This document shows positions 59,851-64,000 of a stretch of 64,000 bases of DNA, one piece after another. Source of the DNA: Oopsacas minuta (Eukaryota > Animalia > Porifera); assembly GCA_024704765.1 (NCBI GenBank), contig JAKMXF010000110.1, forward strand, positions 1-64,000. Direction: 5' to 3'. The notes under the pieces are model-generated. The model had not been told where the DNA came from. It did not search any database and saw only the letters and a list, made by a program, of their open reading frames with translations. How positions within the stretch are numbered: position 1 is the stretch's first letter; each line of letters begins with the position of its first letter. The position numbers were made by a program, and so were the translations under genes.

Positions 59851-62800
59851 ATCAATACATCGCTCACAATTTTAATTACGTATCAGCATATTGATACATT
59901 AAATTATGTATTTTTAAGAAATATAATGAAAACTATAAATCTATATTTTCGAATAATGCTTTAAGGGTGGGGCATAACACAGCTAACAATCTAATGTACC
60001 TATAATATGCAGGAGCAGATTATAGACAAACCACTTAAAGTAAGGTGTATTTCGTTGCATCATATGTTGGGTAGTTAATAGGGGACAATTTAACTGATTG
60101 ATATATATTGGGACAAGATCAATTAAGTGATTATCTTGTGTAAGTCACATATGTAATTCAATCTCAAATTGGATAAAGTGTAACATGAAGTCTGAGGTCA
60201 TAAATAAACTATTGCGGGTGCTGCTTATAAAGTGCTTCGATAAGTATAGTGAAATATTACCTTTCTATACAAAAACTTTACAGTTTACAATACTATACAA
60301 TAAATTGTCAGCCGTGGAAATTCTCTGACTCTGCTTAATTGGAGGATCACATCGGGATCAGGTCATTTTGAGCCGGTTAAGCGGGATAAATTACCACAAT
60401 TTGTAAGGTTCTGTTTCTGGCAACTGTATGTTAATCAGACAACCTGTTTTAGGAGTATACATTCTCTGCATATGAATAAGAAACCCTGATCATATAATTT
60501 GCATAATTAACTTAAGCTACCTGTCTTTACGGATCATAACTGATTCAACCTAATTAAGCCTTATTAAGAAGTACATTATAAAATTATTGTACGCTTGATA
60601 GCCACTTGTGAGTGCAAGTTCTATATTAGGGTAACATTATAGGAATATCACATCTCCAGGAAGTAGGTGATATGCATTGGAAATATTACTATAGTAAGGC
60701 AGTGATACCAGTTAAGTACAAGCATATTAAAGAAACATACTCTAAGTGCTTCTTTGGTGTATATTTAAAACTAGACACAAGTATTCATTAGTGAAAAAAA
60801 TATGGCATGCGATGAAAGAATCCCAGTAATCTCAAATACTAGCCAAAGGCTTCCGTTCCAAGAGTTATATCAAGAAAGTAGGATAGAAATTAATCTACAA
60901 TCGGTTTTGATAAGGATTCATTCAAAGCAGAGAAGTTGCGCAGAAATCAATTGTGTCGACTGAGAAAAATTACTAATAAATACTTATTAATCGTTTGCGT
61001 ATTATTATGATAAATTATAATTCACGAAATACCAACATCTTTAGAGATGACTCGAAACGGAAAAATTGAACAGATGAGTGTAATTATTCCCCAATCTTGT
61101 CTCGTGGTATAATTCAATATCTAACAATTGAATATTCAATAGGAATGATGTGTTGAGACATAATACATAAAGTTGAATAGGGATTAGATCTCATTAGCAA
61201 ATAGTGAGAACTATTTTATCAATTAAATACTATCAAATTAATATTATTAATTCAAACCCAAATTAGCTGTAAGGCAATACATCTTTTCATTACAACAAGA
61301 TGCATTCACTGACAAGTTAGTTAAGTACTTTTACAGTGACGTGATACGTACTATCAATTATGGGTGATTAATAAATTTGTTAATATCACAGTTTACTAGT
61401 TTTGATTTAATTAACAAATAATCACAAGATAAAGTTATAAAGTTACCAAACATTAGGCAACTAGATACGCACTATCAAATATTATGAGTCAATGGCTACA
61501 GAAAGTACCCGTAATTGCGTATATGATACCATAAAGCAACTAACTTGCAATTGTAATTTTAACAATAGCATATACGTAGTTACTGTATTTCAAAATAGGA
61601 TTAGGTAAGTAGGGGGGCGGTTCTATGTCTGTGATAACGATAAAGTATTCTCATCACAAAATAATGTCAATTATTAGTATATTACCAATACAATAAATCT
61701 AAAGTATTACGTAGAAGTTGATTAGGCAATAAATATTTTATGAAATGTACTTATATGGAGATTGTTTATAAGTTAGTTTTTCAATAAAGTGACTTGAAAG
61801 TGATAATTATATTCTAATAATTATTCTAGTAAATGCAGTTTTTCAATCCTTTCCCAATTAAGTTAGTATAGCACATTTACCTGAATTGACTTCAGGTTAC
61901 GAATTGTCAAATCAGAATTTTTGGGGGTCCGAAGGAAATATAGCGGTACTAAAATACGGGTGAATAACGCTAGTATCATATACTTGTGGGTCCACAACAA
62001 TGATACTCAAATCATGTTAAGTTATAATTATGATAATAGTATTGTTAATTAGAATGGAATCAGTAAGATCAATCAGAGGTGTTGATTGGATTGGGAATAC
62101 AACAGTTAAGAGTTAATTTAGATTCATTGGTTAGGAAATTAGATTATTGAATGGTTAAATAATGGCAGGAGATAGTATTGACGGAATAAGTGTGATGATT
62201 GTCCCAAAGTGAGGGAAAACACTTGAAATTATCGAAGTCAGAGTATAAGCAGTGGAAATAATTAAAATTATCAACTAAACAATGAGACTATTTTCAATAG
62301 AAAATGGCAGAAGTTCTCGCTATCACTACCAATGTAGGCTAAAATTAAGTGAAGAAAGTTAAACTATTAATATGTGTAACTCTGTCACAAATCGTCCTGG
62401 GAAGCACTTGGAAAATGGTTAAATTTGGAGCAACCGATATGATAATATTAAACGGATCTACAGTGACCATTTTCATTAGAATATTTCGGGTGGAATTCGG
62501 TTAATATAAATTTTAATAAAATGACCTAATTAATGAATAGTATTATTGCGACTTCTAATAACCACAATTCTATATATATTTAGGATAATTAAAAGGACAG
62601 TAGAGATAAGCAGATAATTTTGTCTGGAAAAACCATGATTATTTAGCTATTCAATAATAATAGATAATTTCTAAGGATTTCAACTATATATTATCAACAT
62701 ATATATTCAATTCCTGTGGGTTTATGTAAATGAAACATATGACACTTTTGGTGTGAATAAGAAAAAAGATAATTTCGCCTAAAAATCAACCAACAATCTT

Positions 62801-63642
62801 TGACATGTGATTAAAATTGATATTATCACCAGATCTATGAATGAATGAATGTCATATGCGTAAATCACAGATATCGAAATATTAGAATAATTCTCAGTAT
62901 TATTTCTCTCAATATCCGTTTCGCAAAGAACTTTCAAATTGTGTATAAGTAACCGTGTTATAAGTCTAAAGAGCGTCAGAATGAAATTCTACGTCTAGCA
63001 GGACTAATTTTATGTATTTATGTCTAATCACAAAACCCTACAATCTGATTGGGCTAAAATACGGAGGTGTGAAAAGGTGCGAAAATATATACCCAAGAAT
63101 AATTTCAAATGTATTTGCATAGTCGGAACAGTAAAAGATTTGTAACCTGAATGAAACCTAAAGGGACATAAACTTGTCTAGCACCTGATTATTTTATCAC
63201 CACAAAGATAGTTTGTTTACATATGTTCCCTTAATCATATAGTTGTACACTTTAGTTATTCAAGGGAAGTAAATAACTACACACACGTCGTATGATAGAT
63301 TTGAATAGGAAGTAATATAATGTGTCAGGAAATGAATTCAATACCGAAGTGGTTATAACCAGACAGAAGTTAATATTAAATTATAGGTTAACCAATCTTA
63401 GTTTTGTAACATTGAAAAGCTATCACTAAGTTGAAAAATCTTGCAATATCAAATATCTCTTAACTAATATCAGGGCCATCTCGAAGATTATCAACCAGAC
63501 ATTTTCGCGGAAAGAATAAAGGTAAGCATCTATAGAACAGATTTTTACAACTGTAACATGAATAATTATTCTTAACACCAAGGAGCCAAATTCCATAATT
63601 TGAACAACCACGATTTACGCATTCGTATATTATATTATTATA

Positions 63643-63811
63643 CAGTCGAACTCAGGTAAGATGTACTCGGCATAAGACGTTACTATTTCTTAAATCTCAA
63701 AAACTTAGTCATCATCTTTATAACACAATACCTATTCGGATAAGAGGTACTCTGTTAGTACATACTAATTTTGGCCTTGACGAAGGGATATGTCTTATCC
63801 GAGTTCTACTG
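63643..63811. mobile_element. Tc1/mariner-like MITE, same family as 54051
   Basis: ta|cagtcgaactc ... gtcttatccgagttctactg|ta. Confidence 0.75.
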
Positions 63812-64000
63812 TACATTACAGCACTACCTTTTATGGGTATCATAGAATAGCGAATTTTGCTCACCTATAAATATCGCATCTTCACACATAGACCACGAAT
63901 ACAAATATTAATCATACTAAGTTGAATTAAGGCAGATTACTGGTCTATATTATGAGAGAGGAAGCAAAAGTTAGCTTTTAGTTCGGCAAAATATATACCG

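Noticed and set aside
1064-59867. Antisense or shadow ORFs (1064-1261, 8031-8222, 9519-9737, 10054-10551, 15452-15721, 19136-19327, 25234-25606, 26410-26592, 31248-31460, 37180-37398, 39397-39876, 40201-40449, 44809-44991, 51631-51813, 59237-59455, 59655-59867)
   Set aside because: They overlap well-supported genes in another frame or strand and show no recognisable motifs.

Overview
This is AT-rich, gene-dense eukaryotic (animal) DNA with short GT-AG introns and no prokaryotic features, rRNA, tRNA or CRISPR. The mix of NHL-repeat genes, orphan multipass membrane genes and intronless genes inside introns suggests a glass sponge (Hexactinellida), but that is inference only. I assembled three intron-rich genes by hand with consistent phases: FAH (-, 6 exons, one GC-AG intron), TALDO1 (+, 9 exons, head-to-head with FAH) and a large NUP205 (-, about 19 exons traced from 38105 to about 16.7 kb, 5' part further upstream). 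NUP205 introns host intronless genes: three related orphan 7TM genes, a signal-peptide PTP-like phosphatase, a Cdc42-like GTPase, an NHL pseudogene and probably ATG7. Other intronless genes are an NHL gene with one frameshift, a WD40 protein, INPP5A and three MAPKAPK5-like kinases. Two kinases form a 959-bp, 99.7% identical inverted repeat limited almost exactly to the kinase coding core, consistent with gene conversion or an invertible segment. All three kinases have lost the activating Thr-Pro site (to Glu or Lys). Many small non-autonomous DNA transposons are present, some nested and some with perfect TSDs. The 41-64 kb region holds unresolved candidate exons.
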